The notes: generated by a model from the sequence alone, not told the origin. A stretch of DNA of 64,000 bases from Salpingoeca rosetta (GCA_033442325.1 JAWQFM010000001.1:39225-103224); one strand, 5' to 3'; positions 1-30,168 are shown, counted from the stretch's first letter. Numbers and translations: made by a program.

Positions 1-395
1 ACACCCACACGACGAGCTATCAAACGTGGACTGTACTATGTAGACAGCAACTCAATCCTCCAACCTCATGTTGCTTCTTGTTCTTGGTTCGTGGTTCGTT
101 GTCCCTAAGCCGAAGCTATTCTCTGGTTTCCACCACCATCGACATCATCATCCTTGTCGACATCATCATCAGCCGCAACGTCGGCGTCTCGCCAACACAG
201 CTGCTCCTTGACACATCCACGTGCATTTGTGTGGGACCCACCCTCAACCAACGTAAGCTTTTCATGACAGCAGTGCCCAAGGGTACTGTCAGCACACAAG
301 GAAATACATGTATGCACACACACAGCTGTACGCGTACATTCCTTCGCTTACACCACACGTTCTTGGATCACCGCATGCTTGTGCGTATATGTGCA

Positions 396-515
396 GCATG
401 AAGAATCGATGAGCATGCTGAAGACGGTTGCACGGGAACTCACCATGACAGCAGCAGACATGTCGCGGTGAGTGGCGCGGCCTGAGTTGTGTGTGTATGT
501 GTATGTGTATGTGCA

Positions 516-570
<55 letters not shown>

Positions 571-3500
571 GCGTATGTGTATGTGTATGTGTATGTGTAA
601 GTGTATGTGTATGTGTATGCGTGTGTTTGTTTGGAGAGCGACGATGTGCTGCACCTCTCACGCTTCTCACGCTCCCTTGCACACCACTGCATCTGCTCCC
701 TTTGCGTGCCCATGTGCCGTGTTCATTAGCGCGAAAGAGAAAGCGCAGCAGTTTGCTGATCGCGACACGGAGGCGTTTGAGGTCGTCGGCCAATTTTATC
801 CGCAGGTGCTACTCCATGCTCGTTGATTGATCCTTTCGTTGCCTTGATACCTGCACACACACACACACACACCAGCACGCATGTATGAATGTGTGTATTC
901 ACACACACACACACAAACACACAAACACACACACGCACATGTTCACGCATGTGCTGTTTGACAGCTGAAGGAGCCGCATCTTCCGGCAACGCGGCCGGCG
1001 TCACTTGCTGTCGAACAGCGACCCGAACACGTCGATGGGGGTGTGATGTGCACACACACAGCCACACAGACACACAGACACACACAGACACACAAACACA
1101 CCAACACACACACACACACAGCCACACAACCACACACACACACACACAAACACACAGACACACAGACACACATTTGCATGCCAGCGATCAACTTGACCTG
1201 ATAGTGTGTTCGCTTGTGGTTACATTCCATTCCCCGAAAAACCCTCAACGGATCAACGATGGCAGACGACCACAAGTTGCTGTGGCGCCAGTTGGGCACG
1301 CGTCGCCAGTTTGAATCGCTGCCGCCAACGCTTCTCTCCATTGGTGAGAGGACGCAGCAATGGCCCCCATCATAATCCCTGGTGGTGCTGCTGCTGCCAT
1401 GTCGCTCGTTGCTGCCCATTACCACCGCACATCCTCACCCCGTCTGCATGCGTGTGCGTGTGCATGTATGTGCGTGTGTCTTACCGTGGTTGTGCAGAGG
1501 TTGTGTATGCGTACATCACAGATCTTGCTGGCCGCGTGCTCGCCCACGACGTACAGCTCGCCTTTGGCACCGCCACCAGTGAGGACGACGTCATCTCGTT
1601 CCAGCAACACATGTACAACATGTTTGACGACCGCTTTCCCCACGCAGATGCCGCCACGCTCGCCATCCGCGACTTTCTCTTCTGTACGTGTGTGTGTTTG
1701 CTCTGGGTGTGTGTGTCGTGCGTGTGTGTATGTGTGTGTATGTGTGTGTCGTGCGTGTGTGTATGTGTGTGTGTGTGTGTCGTGCGTATGTTGCTCCCTC
1801 TCTTTGTTTTTGTGTGCCGTGTTCGTGCGCACATCCACGGTTCGCCCCTAAATTGCAGCCGCTTCTTCCCCTCGTACGTTGCGACCGTTGGTTCGTACTC
1901 GCGTGTGCACGTGGCCTCTGGCGGTGTGCGTTCGTTTGCACCTCAGCTGTAGAGCATCACAGCAGCGCCGATCCACTCGTACAGCTGCTCTTCTTCTCGC
2001 TCGTCGGAAAGCAGGATGTGTCATCGCTTATGCACTACACAATCGTCCACATGGTGCGTCCTGTGCTTATCATTGTGTGTGTGTGCGTCGCATGTTTGTA
2101 TGTATGCGTGTGTTGAATTGTGCTTTGGCTCGTGATGATATGTGTGTGTGTGTGCATGTACACTTCAAAAGCATCCACCCACCCATGCATTCCATCTTCC
2201 ATCCACCCGCGTTTCCTCACCGGCCACACGCTCGTCTCGTTCTTCCACACATGTTCAGTTGATCCACACGTTGCAGCTCTCAACGCCCCAGCACCTCTCC
2301 TGGCTCATGACGGAGCTGTTTCCAGACTCGGTGGGGCAAGCGTTCATGTCTCGTGGCATGCGTGTGTGCGTGTGTGCATGTGTGCGTGTGCGTGTGTGCA
2401 TGTGCATGTGCATGTGCGTGTGTGCATGTGCGTGTGTACGGTGCATTTCAGTGTGCTTTGTCCGGATGTACCAACTTGCTTATCTTCCATCCATGCTTCC
2501 CCGTGCCAGCTTACATGACGCGTTTGCTGTACATACGTTCTTCCCCCCTCTCACCGTGTTTCCACTGCTCCAACCAGCACCTGTCACTGGACAAGCTGAT
2601 GCTGGCGTACACGGGCTTTGCTGATGGCGCCCCGTCCTCCGATCGCCTCTCCCGCTTTTATCTCCGCGAAACCGCTGCGCGCGACTGGAATCCAGCAGCA
2701 GCCGAGGTGGAAGGGATGATGGAGGAGGAGGGACGGGGGTGTGCGTGGTTGCTCTGTGTGTGCGTATGTGTGCGTCTCTGTGTGTGTGTGTGTGCGTGTG
2801 TGTGTGTGTGCGTGTGCGTGTGTGCGTGTGAATGTTCGTGGGCATGATCGTGTGCACGCACGACTGCGTTTCCAAGTACATCCTCTTTCCCAACAGTCAC
2901 CACCACCACCACCACCACCACCACCACCACCACCACCACCACCACCACCACCACCACCACCACCACCACCACAACTGACACGTCATGACCGCCATAGATT
3001 GTGCGCGTTGCTGCGGAGGTGGCCGGTGCGCCGCCAACGGGCTCGAAACCGCTCAGCGTCATCAAGTGCGAACGCATCAAGCACGCGCTCCATCCACACG
3101 TTCCCGACCAGGTATGCGTGTGCGTGCGTGTGTGTACATTTCGTAAGTGGCATGTGCATGCACTCTGACGGCAGCGAGATGCTCGGTCTCTTGGGTCGTG
3201 CTTTGGTTGGTTGACTGGATGCTTCTTTGGTTGCATTGATATTGATTGCATTTCCCACCTCCTTGGTATCATGTGGAATGTCCTGCACACAGGTGCTGCG
3301 GCTACTCTACGAACAATCCGCCAAGATACATGGGTATGTGTGAATGTGTATGTGTGTGTGTGTGTGAAGGTGTGTGCGTGTGCTTGTACCAGTGAATCAT
3401 GCTGTGTGTCGTGTCCCTCGTGGCTGCGGCTCTCTGCATTGTCGTTCTCGTCACACACACGCACAAACACACACTCACACACACATACACACACACACAC

Positions 3501-3960
3501 ACTTTCTCTCTCTCTCTCTCTACTGCAGGGTGGATGCTGAGTTGCCGTCGAGTGTGTGCACGTGGCTGCTGCTCCACGCACGCTTGTTGTTTGAGACAGA
3601 AATGGTTCGACTCAGCCTCAAAGACAGACTGGTACGTCCTCTCGTGCGTGTATGTGTTTGTGTGCATGAGTGTGTGTGTGTGTGTGTTTGTGTGTTGATG
3701 ATCATCACGACATGACATCACCTTTGCTCAAACTGGTGTTGCGTTCCGTTCGGTACCCTCGCTACTACAACTCACATTGGCTGCCCTTCGCTGCTTCCTG
3801 CTTCCGTTCATATGTCACACGACAAACGCAACCAACACAACCGCAACACACAAAACAGGACGGGCTGTCTGAACAGCAACTGCTGGTGAACAAGCGGAGC
3901 CGCCTCGTGCAGCTGAAGCAAGAGCTCGCACCAAGAAGTGGACGGGCAAGCACGTCGTGA
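396..3960 (+). CDS. Uncharacterised multi-exon protein (5' end probably upstream or outside the window); weak resemblance to TSNAXIP1-like ciliary helical domains
   Basis: About 11 phase-compatible GT-AG exons join into [56 protein letters not shown].../[18 protein letters not shown].../[10 protein letters not shown]...[50 protein letters not shown].../...[12 protein letters not shown]. The family resemblance is from memory only. Confidence 0.6.
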
Positions 3961-3969
3961 TGTAACGCT

Positions 3970-4089
<120 letters not shown>

Positions 4090-4189
4090 NNNNNNNNNNN
4101 NNNNNNNNNNNNNNNNNNNNNNNNNNNNNNNNNNNNNNNNNNNNNNNNNNNNNNNNNNNNNNNNNNNNNNNNNNNNNNNNNNNNNNNNN
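4090..4189. other. Assembly gap (100 N) flanked by long (CA)n
   Basis: Run of N; probably hides the first SNAP-25 exon(s). Confidence 0.99.
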
Positions 4190-4314
4190 ACACACACACG
4201 CACACACACACACACACACACACGCACACACATACACGCACACAGCAGCACACACATACACATACAGACACAATCGCACACTTACTTCCTCTCTACGGCT
4301 CTGTTACCATCTAG

Positions 4315-5251
4315 GATGTTGAGGCGACGCGTCGTATGCGCAACCTGGTTCACCAGGACGTGGACACAGCGAACAGAACCCTGCAAATGCTCGACGAGCA
4401 AGGCCGTACGTTTTGCTGCGTGTCCATGATCCGGTTGCCTTTCGTGAGCTGCGGTCTGGCACCCCACTCTGTAATGCATCTCTCTCATAACACTCGTACT
4501 TGCGCGTCACATGCGTTTCAGATCAACTCAACCGCGTTGAGGAGAACCTTGATGGTATCAACGCAAACACAAAGCGCGCTGAGAAGGAGCTGACAAAGAT
4601 GGAAAAGTGTTGTGGCATCTTCTACTGCCCTTGCACCAAGTGAGTTGGAGAATGCTGTGGGTAGCCATTCTTCTCGTTCTGACTGGTACCTGCGTGCATG
4701 CCTGCACGTGCGGGTGTGCAAGCTGTGGCTACCTATCTATCTTGTGCCATCCGTGCCTTCATCACACACCGCACATCACATCACACACGCATTCCGTAGC
4801 GGTTGCTGCATTCGTTGTCAACTGCAATGACATGCTCACTTACAACACCCCCTTCCTCTCTTCACCTCCTTGCACAGGCGCCAAAGCTTCGATGAGAACG
4901 CACGGTACAACAGAGCATTTCGCCAGGGAGCAAATGGCAACGCAGCACAGGACGGCAGCGGCAGCGATAGCGTGATCTCAACGCAACCAAAGAGCGAGCG
5001 AGGTGCGAGTTGCTGGCTGTGTGTTTGTGTGTGTGTGTGTGTTGTGTTGTGTGTGCATGTGTGTTGTGTTGTGTTGTGTGTGTGTGTGTGTGCGCATAGT
5101 TCACCTTCACGCATGCCATTCCTTCAATCGCCACCATCTGCACAGGCGCTGCCCGCGGCGGTGGCCGTGCGGAGGGCGGCAGCGAGGGCCGATATGTCGA
5201 GCGCATCCTCGAGAACGACGCGCGCGAGGACGAGATGGACGACAACATGCG
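4315..5251 (+). CDS. SNAP25: SNAP-25 family Qbc-SNARE (partial: start and most of the second SNARE helix are missing)
   Basis: Exons 4315-4406, 4522-4639, 4878-5002 and 5146-5251 splice to DVEATRRMRNLVHQDVDTANRTLQMLDEQG-HQLNRVEENLDGINANTKRAEKELTKMEKCCGIFYCPCTK-RQSF...-YVERILENDAREDEMDDNM. This matches SNAP-25 STRRM...TLVMLDEQGEQL, the Cys cluster, and NDARENEMDEN. Confidence 0.93.
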
Positions 5252-5435
5252 GTGCGTATGTGCAGACGTGTGCGTGTGTGCGTGTGTGCGTGTGTGCGTG
5301 TGTGTCCGTGTAGAGTTAGCTGTGTTGTATCTCGTTGACTTGCGTGATCCTGGTATTTCCATCTCGTCTGTTTCGCTGATTTGTTGCGTCACACACACAC
5401 ACCCACCCACACCCACCCACACCCACCCACACCCA

Positions 5436-5564
<129 letters not shown>

Positions 5565-5565
5565 G

Positions 5566-14374
<8,809 letters not shown>

Positions 14375-14459
14375 CTTGATTGTTGACGTTTATTTGAAGA
14401 TACAGCGAAATCTCGCACAAGCAAGGCAAAAAGCAAGCAAACAAGGAGGCATCGGTCAC

Positions 14460-16028
14460 TCAGTGCTGCTGCAGCTTTGGACGTTTGAGCTCTGGCTCGC
14501 TCGTGGCACCACTCCCATCATTGCTCGCTTGTACTGGCGAGACTGCTGTCTGCTGTTGCTGCTGCTGCTGCTGCTGCTGTTGTTGTTGTTGTTGCTGTTG
14601 CTGCTGTTGTTGTTGTTGCTGTTGCTGCTGCTGTGCGCCTTCTTTTTCATACTCCTTCTTTTCCTCCTCCTCCTCCTTCATCTTCTGCTGCTGCTGTTTC
14701 TGTTTCTGCTGCTTCTTCTGTTGTTTGTGCCTGACCCTGCGCCCATGCTGCAATTCCTTAGGTACCACTTCAACCACGTCCAGCTTGACATCGGTGTACT
14801 TGATGCCTTCGCTTCTGTCGCTGTGCTGCGTCGTCGATGTGCCCGCCACACCGCCCTGCACCTTTGTTGCATCACCGCCACTAGCAGCGTCAGCGCTGCT
14901 ATTTCTTCTCGCTGCTGTGTCCGCCGCCGCCGTGGATGATGGCAAAGGTGGCGCCCATGGCACCTGCAGAGGTACGGCGGTTGTCTTGCACAGCTGTACC
15001 AGCTGCGAGTATTGGTCAAGGAGGGGGCCTGGCGGAGTCCCGGGCGGCGCTGTGCCGCTGGAAGAAATTGTTGAGGGTACTGAGGAAGGCTGTGAGGCCG
15101 AACGGCACAGCGCAAGCACAGACACGCGCGGAAGCATAAACGCCGCCGAGATGGCCTCGATCGCCGGTTTGTCCAGGACCAATAACGGCGTGTTCAGGCG
15201 GTGGCACATGCTCGGGATGTGCTGGATAAGCATGTTGGGCTGCACGCCACGCCAGAGCAGCACAGCATCGGCCTTTCGCTTTTCAAGGGCGCGGGCCACA
15301 GCGTTGATGCCTGTGATGACGTTGCGGCGGAGAAATGCGGCTGCCTCTGCTGAAGCTGACACATCAACCTCAGCATTGGCCACGTCGGCCTTGGCCTTCT
15401 TCGTGGCAGGCGCTTCCGCCCCTGCTGTGCTCGGTGTTGTCGTGCTTGCGCTGTGGTGCTGAGACGTGGCCTGTGCAGCAGTGTCGCCACTGCCGCCGAC
15501 ACTATTGCTGTTGCCACTGCCGCCACTGTTGCCGCCGCTGTTGCTGCTGTTGGTGGTGATGCCGGTGGCACTTGCAGTCTTGTCTTCCTGTGCGCTTTCC
15601 TTGCCTTCTTGCTGATGCTGCTGCAGTTGTTGTTGGTCGTGCTGCCGTTGTCGCCGCCGCTGCTTGCCGCGCGCCTTTGCCAGTTTCCTCCGCTCGCTCC
15701 GGGTGAGCTTGTGCGCCTTTGTGCCGTGCCTACCATCGCCCTTGGTGGCGCTTGTCGCCGTGCTTGCATCTGTAGGAGCACCACGTGCGCCATCAGCACG
15801 TGCCGCCTTCATCTCTGCACGGCGCTTGGCCCATGCGGCCGACCGCTCCGCCTTTTGCGTGCGAATCGTCTCTGTGAGAGGCGCCAGGCAGCGCTGCAAG
15901 GCCCCTGCGACGCGTGCTTGGTCATCCTTGGCGATGGTCGGCAGATGCAGTTGGAACGGGGACTGGATGTACACCTTCACCTGCTTCCTGCGCCCTTTCT
16001 TCCCACCACCACCACCACCACCAGCCAT
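14460..16028 (-). CDS. RPP38: RNase P/MRP subunit p38-like, L7Ae domain, intronless, with polyQ tracts
   Basis: N-terminal QSPFQLHLPTI (cf. RPP38 SPY.I.W) and L7Ae core NVITGINAVARALEKRKADAVLLWRGVQPNMLIQHIPSMC...PRVSVLAL. The ATG at 16028 (MAGGGG) is preferred over the track's 16190. Confidence 0.75.
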   Translation of the reverse strand: MAGGGGGGGKKGRRKQVKVYIQSPFQLHLPTIAKDDQARVAGALQRCLAPLTETIRTQKAERSAAWAKRRAEMKAARADGARGAPTDASTATSATKGDGRHGTKAHKLTRSERRKLAKARGKQRRRQRQHDQQQLQQHQQEGKESAQEDKTASATGITTNSSNSGGNSGGSGNSNSVGGSGDTAAQATSQHHSASTTTPSTAGAEAPATKKAKADVANAEVDVSASAEAAAFLRRNVITGINAVARALEKRKADAVLLWRGVQPNMLIQHIPSMCHRLNTPLLVLDKPAIEAISAAFMLPRVSVLALCRSASQPSSVPSTISSSGTAPPGTPPGPLLDQYSQLVQLCKTTAVPLQVPWAPPLPSSTAAADTAARRNSSADAASGGDATKVQGGVAGTSTTQHSDRSEGIKYTDVKLDVVEVVPKELQHGRRVRHKQQKKQQKQKQQQQKMKEEEEEKKEYEKEGAQQQQQQQQQQQQQQQQQQQQQQQQQQQQTAVSPVQASNDGSGATSEPELKRPKLQQH

Positions 16029-16101
16029 CTTTGTTGTTGTCAGAAGAGAGGAGAAGAGAGAGGAAAAAAAGTGCAACTTTGGTCGTTTGCTGCCGCTGCT
16101 G

Positions 16102-19374
<3,273 letters not shown>

Positions 19375-19499
19375 GTCAGCGTGTACCGCACACACACACA
19401 CAGACATACGCTAACTAACTCTCTCTCTCTCACACACACACACACACAAACGTACGCTAGCTAACACACACACACACACATACGCACACACACACACAC

Positions 19500-19550
<51 letters not shown>

Positions 19551-19597
19551 TACACACATACACACACACACGTGCACACACGCACACACACACACAC

Positions 19598-20776
19598 CTT
19601 GTTTGCGGCGAGGCTTTCGTCCAGGAGTTTACGCAAGTCTTTGCGCTGGGCAGTGGTCACTTTCTTTGGGGCGCGGCCCTTCTTTGCCGCCTTGGTGGGC
19701 GGAGGTGTACCGGCGGGGAACGCGCCAAACACCTGGCGCAGCTGGTGCATGAAGCGACTCGTGGCGCTGATCATGTCAAACAGGCCCGTGACAATGTTGG
19801 TGGGTGCTTCGCTGCCTTCCTGCACAGGCATATTGCCGATGGCGCTAGGGGCGTCGAAACTCGATAGCTGCTGTGGGAGCGGGTGAGGTGACGAGGACGC
19901 CTCTGGCACAGGCCTTGGCACATGATGGGCAAACACGCGAGGCGGCTTCTTGTTCGTGTGTCTGTTCTTGCTGTGTTGCTTCTTCATGCCGCCCTTCACG
20001 TTGTTCGTATGCAGCGTCTTGCTTCTATCACACGAATATCCAACGCTGTAGTGGTCCAAGTCGTCGTTGTCGTCGTCATCATCATGGTTGTCATGGTCGT
20101 CATCATCGTCATCATCATGGTTGTCATCGTCGTCATCGTCATCAGCACGATCGTCACCATCGTCGCCATGGCAATGGTTACCATAGTTGTCATCGTCATC
20201 ATCATCATCATCCTCACCACCATGAAGGCCCTTGGTGGTGTGCTCCTTGCTACCCAAACCAACGCTCGTGGCGCTGATGTCTCGTTCATGTATCTCGTTG
20301 CGCAGCGGGGCCCGTGTTAGTTCTGGCTTCGGGAGGCACGTGTGGAGAGGTGGGGTGTCGTGCGAAGCCAGCATTGTGTTCATGTGCAGGTCGTGATTGG
20401 TGAAGGCACTGTGCTTTGGTTCTGGATCCACCACGTTGATGTGGTGGTCATCATGGCTGGCGGTGGCATGGCTTGATGTTCCAGCGCTGACAGCAGGCTG
20501 CGGCGCGTGAAGCGACAGCGCAAAGGGCTGCTGATGCTCCTCCATGTGCACATGAGCGCCGTGGCCAGTGTGCGTGGTGTTGTGCGAGTTGTTGTACAAG
20601 GAGTTCGTTGGCGGGTGGCTGTGGTGCGCACTCACTTGTGAAGAAGGACCAGGTATTGCCGCTGTGACTGTTGTAGGTGGTGCGGATGCGAGAGAAGCGT
20701 CGACACCACCAAGCTCAGCGCTGTCGTGTGTGGCCGACGTTCCTGTCTCTGCTCCAACACCATCTCCCTCAGCCAT
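19598..20776 (-). CDS. Uncharacterised protein, His/Asp-rich disordered first exon (downstream exons missing)
   Basis: About 393 open codons from ATG 20776 (MAEGDGVG) to a GTGTGT donor after ...LLDESLAANK; contains a poly-Asp/His tract and a basic KKGRAPKK patch. Confidence 0.65.
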
Positions 20777-20885
20777 CGCGCGTGTGTTGTTGTGTTGTGT
20801 GTATTGTTGTGCGCTTCGTTTGTGTGCGTGGTGCGTGTGGGTACATTTGAAATGTATAATCTCTGACCCCACAGGCATCAGACAT

Positions 20886-20959
20886 GGCCGTGTGGCCCAA
20901 TTGGATAAGGCGCCTGACTACGGATCAGGAGATTCGGGGTTCGAGTCCCTGCATGGTCA
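20886..20959 (+). tRNA. tRNA-Arg (anticodon ACG)
   Basis: Acceptor stem GGCCGTG/CATGGTC, D-arm TGGCCCAATTGGATAAGGC, anticodon arm CCTGA-CT-ACG-GA-TCAGG, T-arm GGGGTTCGAGTCCC. Confidence 0.97.
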
Positions 20960-20961
20960 CA

Positions 20962-20969
20962 TTTTTTTT
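20962..20969 (+). terminator. RNA polymerase III oligo-T terminator
   Basis: T8 run directly after the tRNA. Confidence 0.9.
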
Positions 20970-21040
20970 GTTCGATTGTCTTCTGCTTTTGTTGCTCGGC
21001 GCAGTGTTCGTCTTCGCCTTTGCTTGGCCACTCATGCATG

Positions 21041-21133
<93 letters not shown>

Positions 21134-21274
21134 CATGACAGCTGCATTAATCTGCAATTCGCTTTCCTCTGTCTGTGCATCCTCCCCTTTTCTGGTTTAC
21201 TCCTCTGCTCACCAACACCGAAACAAGCATGCAACAACACGACACTGGTCGCCGAGGAGCACTCAATCCATCAA

Positions 21275-24418
<3,144 letters not shown>

Positions 24419-24585
24419 CTTTTGTTTGGCTGTGACAGTCGAGTAAAAAAAATACAGAGGTCACCGGTTGGAATCCTCTCTTCACGCGTCATTGTATTTT
24501 TCAACACCAAAGTCACGTGTTCCAACCAAGAAGCAAAAGCAGCCAAGCAAAGCCAAGCCCAGAGACCAAGCAGCAAACAGCAACC

Positions 24586-24832
24586 ATGGGAGGCAGCAAC
24601 CCTTCAGAGTGAGCTAGCCGTGCACGTGTGTGGAATGAGCCATGGTGGGTTGCTGTTGTTTTGCATACGCATGCGTGTTGCTCACAATTGGGGTGATTTC
24701 ATTGCTGCTTGAACACTTGTTAGGCAAGATCGCTATGAGACGGTCCTCAAGCGGCGAAAGAAGAAGGATCGCGCCGAGATCCTGCAGGCACAGAAGGCTG
24801 CCAAACAACAACGGGTACGTGCGTGCGTGTGT

Positions 24833-24887
<55 letters not shown>

Positions 24888-25045
24888 CGTAACGTACGTG
24901 TGTCTGTATGTGTGTGTGTGTGTGCGTGCGTGAGTGCCTCTATGTNNNNNNNNNNNNNNNNNNNNNNNNNNNNNNNNNNNNNNNNNNNNNNNNNNNNNNN
25001 NNNNNNNNNNNNNNNNNNNNNNNNNNNNNNNNNNNNNNNNNNNNN

Positions 25046-25095
<50 letters not shown>

Positions 25096-25141
25096 GTGCG
25101 TGTGTGCGTGAGCCTGTTGTGTTGTTTGTTGTGCGGTGTTG

Positions 25142-25173
<32 letters not shown>

Positions 25174-26414
25174 CTGTGCGTGCGTTGTGCCCGGCTGATT
25201 GTTGCAAAGAAGTTTCTTTGCGGCAGAAATCTTGCTGGCTGATGTCCTCTGTATACTACCACGCTACCTCCCACCTCACGCACGCACGTCTGGCACGCAC
25301 GTATTATGCCTCACCTGCACATGTCGGTGCTCAGCGTGAAAGGCACAGCAGACAGCATCCGCAAGATCCTGAAGTTGTTGCGGTTGACGAAGCCAAACAC
25401 CGCAGTCTTCGTTCCGGCCACACCTTCCACGCTGCAGATGCTCAAGCGCGTAGAGCCATACATCGCATACGGGTGCGCGCCCCTACATGTGTGTGTGTGC
25501 ACAAGTGGCCTATTGCTTGCATTTGGTACCACCTTGCACTTGTTACCTCCCTTCACCCCAGCCACTCACTGCAACCACTCCCCCCCCCCCCCGCCATCGC
25601 CTGGCCCTACCCCTCCTCCCCACGCGCGCGTTTACAGATTCCCGACACTGAAGACAGTGCGCGACCTCGTGTACAAGCACGGGCAGGGCCGCGTGGGGGA
25701 CAAGGCCGTCACGCTCACAGATAACGCGCTCATCGAGAAGGAACTCGGAGAGCATAACGTCATCTGCATCGAGGTGTGTTGTGTGTGCGTGTGTGTGTGT
25801 GTGCGTGTGCGTTTGTGTGTGTGTGTTTGCGTGTGTGCGTGTTTGTGTGTGTGTGTGTGTTTGTGTGAGTGTGTGTTTGTGTGAGTGTGTGTTTGTGTGA
25901 GTGTGCGTTTGCGTGCGTGTGTGCGTGTGTGCGTGTGTGCATGGGTGTTGTTAATCAGCACATCGCTGTGTGTGTGTGCATGGTGCCATCGTTCCCTCCT
26001 TAACACCTCCACCGGCGCCCTCTGCATGTGCGTGCAGGACATTGTGCACGAGATTGCGACCGTCGGCGAGAGCTTCCGGGCGGTGAACCGCTTTCTGCAG
26101 CCGTTCAAGCTCAAGCGCCCAACAGAGCGCTGGAAGAACGAGCGCAAGAAGTTTGTCGAGGTGCGTAGGAAGGGGTGGGGGGAGGGGTTGATTGGTGTGC
26201 GGCGTGTTCGTTGGTGTGCGTGTATGTGTCGTGTCGTGCGTATGCGTATGCGTATGCGTGTGTGCGCATGCGTTCGCGTATGTGCTGATACATTCTACAC
26301 TTGCGCTCTCGCAAGCTCACGCGCACATATGCACACATGCGAACACGTTACCAGGATGATGAGCTCGGCTTTTCGGCAGAGAAGATTAACGAGGTCATTG
26401 AGCGAATGTCGTAA
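24586..26414 (+). CDS. Ribosomal protein L7/uL30-like (RPL7L1/Rlp7-type biogenesis paralogue), interrupted by a gap
   Basis: MGGSNPSE/QDRYETVLKRRKK, IRKILKLLRLTKPNTAVFV...LKRVEPYIAYG/FPTLKTVRDLVYKHG...LTDNALIEKELG..VICIE/DIVHEIATVG..F..VNRFLQPFKL, ending KINEVIERMS*. Divergent from canonical RPL7. Confidence 0.85.
24946..25045. other. Assembly gap (100 N) within a TG-rich intron
   Basis: Run of N. Confidence 0.99.
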
Positions 26415-26751
26415 CTGATGCTGTGGTTGGTGTGTGATGACTGCGAGTGAGAGTGTGCGCGCTTTTGTGTTTGTCTGTGTCTCTGTGCACTGATCTGTGT
26501 CTCTGTGCACTGATCTGTGTGTGTGTGTGTGTGTGTGGTTTGTGCTTCTGTGCGGATGTGTTGTTGAGCCTGCCCGCTTGTCTTCTTTTTCCTTCCTTTT
26601 CCTTCCTTCTTCCTTTGCATTTGTGAGTTGTTGCTTCTGGCGTGTATCGAAGCGTCAAATACAGTCTTATAACGAGCAGCAGCGATGCTGGCACGACCCC
26701 AATCAAATATAGCATGGTGGTGTGTTGCGTATGTCTGCATGTGTGTGTGTG

Positions 26752-26785
<34 letters not shown>

Positions 26786-26796
26786 CGTTTCATTGG

Positions 26797-28881
<2,085 letters not shown>

Positions 28882-28948
28882 GGTGTGATGATGGTCTGGA
28901 AGCTGCACCAGCCAGAAGCGAGCGAGTTCCTGCCTTTCTTCTTGTGGT

Positions 28949-28964
28949 GATTGTAGAAAATTGG
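28949..28964 (+). promoter_or_regulatory. Candidate promoter element GATTGTAGAAAATTGG (contains reverse CCAAT)
   Basis: Lies in the 260-nt divergent RPAIN/ankyrin-RING spacer; an exact reverse-complement copy is at 54756-54771. Confidence 0.55.
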
Positions 28965-29141
28965 AAGAAATCTTTCATAAATAATCTTAAAGTCCTCAAC
29001 GCTGCTCACACCACTGCACTGTTTTCGGCTGATTCGGAATCGCCAGCCAGCTCAGTTGCCACCGCCACCGCCGCCGCTGCTGCTGTTGGAGCAACAGGAT
29101 GGCAGCTGTGAAGGCCGTGTGCATGGCATTATCCGTGCAAG

Positions 29142-30168
29142 ATGGACAGACGGCGACGACTGCGCCACCTGTGCGCGTGCTTGTTTGATGCGGTGAAGAA
29201 CGCCGACGACATCTACGTGCGCCTCATCCTCGCACAAGGCGCAAGCCCAAACATCAAGGACAGCAGAGGATGGACCCCGCTTCACTGGGGTGAGTCCCAG
29301 CGGTGCAATCTGTGGGTGGGACAAGATGCCAATGTCTTAGGGAGAGAAAGGAGAATGCTTGCTTGCTCTTGTTTTGTTGTGAGCGTGACGAAAGCGGAGG
29401 CGGAGGGGTAGTTACATGGTCGCCTCATTGCCTTCTCAGCGCATCTCTCACATGTTTATTTGTGCGTGCGTGCGTGTGTGTGTGTGTGTGCTGGGTATTG
29501 CGTGAATCTGGTCTTGTGCCCGCCACCCTTGTCGTGCTTCGTGTTATCGGTGCTCTTCTAGCTGCAATCCACCCGCGCCGGGCCATCGTCCTCAACACGC
29601 TGCTCGGATCTGGTGCACGCGTCAACATCCGCTGCTCCCGCACAGGTCAGAACGCATTTTGTTGGGTTGATGTCTGAGTGTGTGAGTTACTGCGTCGGGG
29701 TGTTTGTGTATGTGTTTGACTGCGTATGAGTGTGCGCGCATGTGTGTGAGTGTCTGTGTGTTCACGACACGTTGTATTGCACGCATGCCAGCACGGCATG
29801 TGTGTGACAGCGTTCTCATGTATTGCTGCGTGCACCATTCTTGCTTTGCGCTCGCGTGTGTGCGTGTGAAGGCAAGACACCACTCCATGTGGCTGCAGAG
29901 GCCGGCAACCTGCCTGCTGTGAAGTACTTGCTCAACCACGGTGCCAGCTTGACGGTTCGAGATTCCGCCGACCGAACGCCGTCCGCTGCAGCGCGCGTCC
30001 CCACGGCTCTCCAGCGGATCACACGCAAGCCCACGGCGAAGCGGTTTCTCGAAAACTTTGGTCAGGCGCATGCACATGGCTGGTGCGGACGTTGGTTTGA
30101 GAAGGGGAGTGGCAGAGGGTTTGGAAATGGGAGGCAACTTTAGGCTGTGACAAATCCACTCACGCAAA

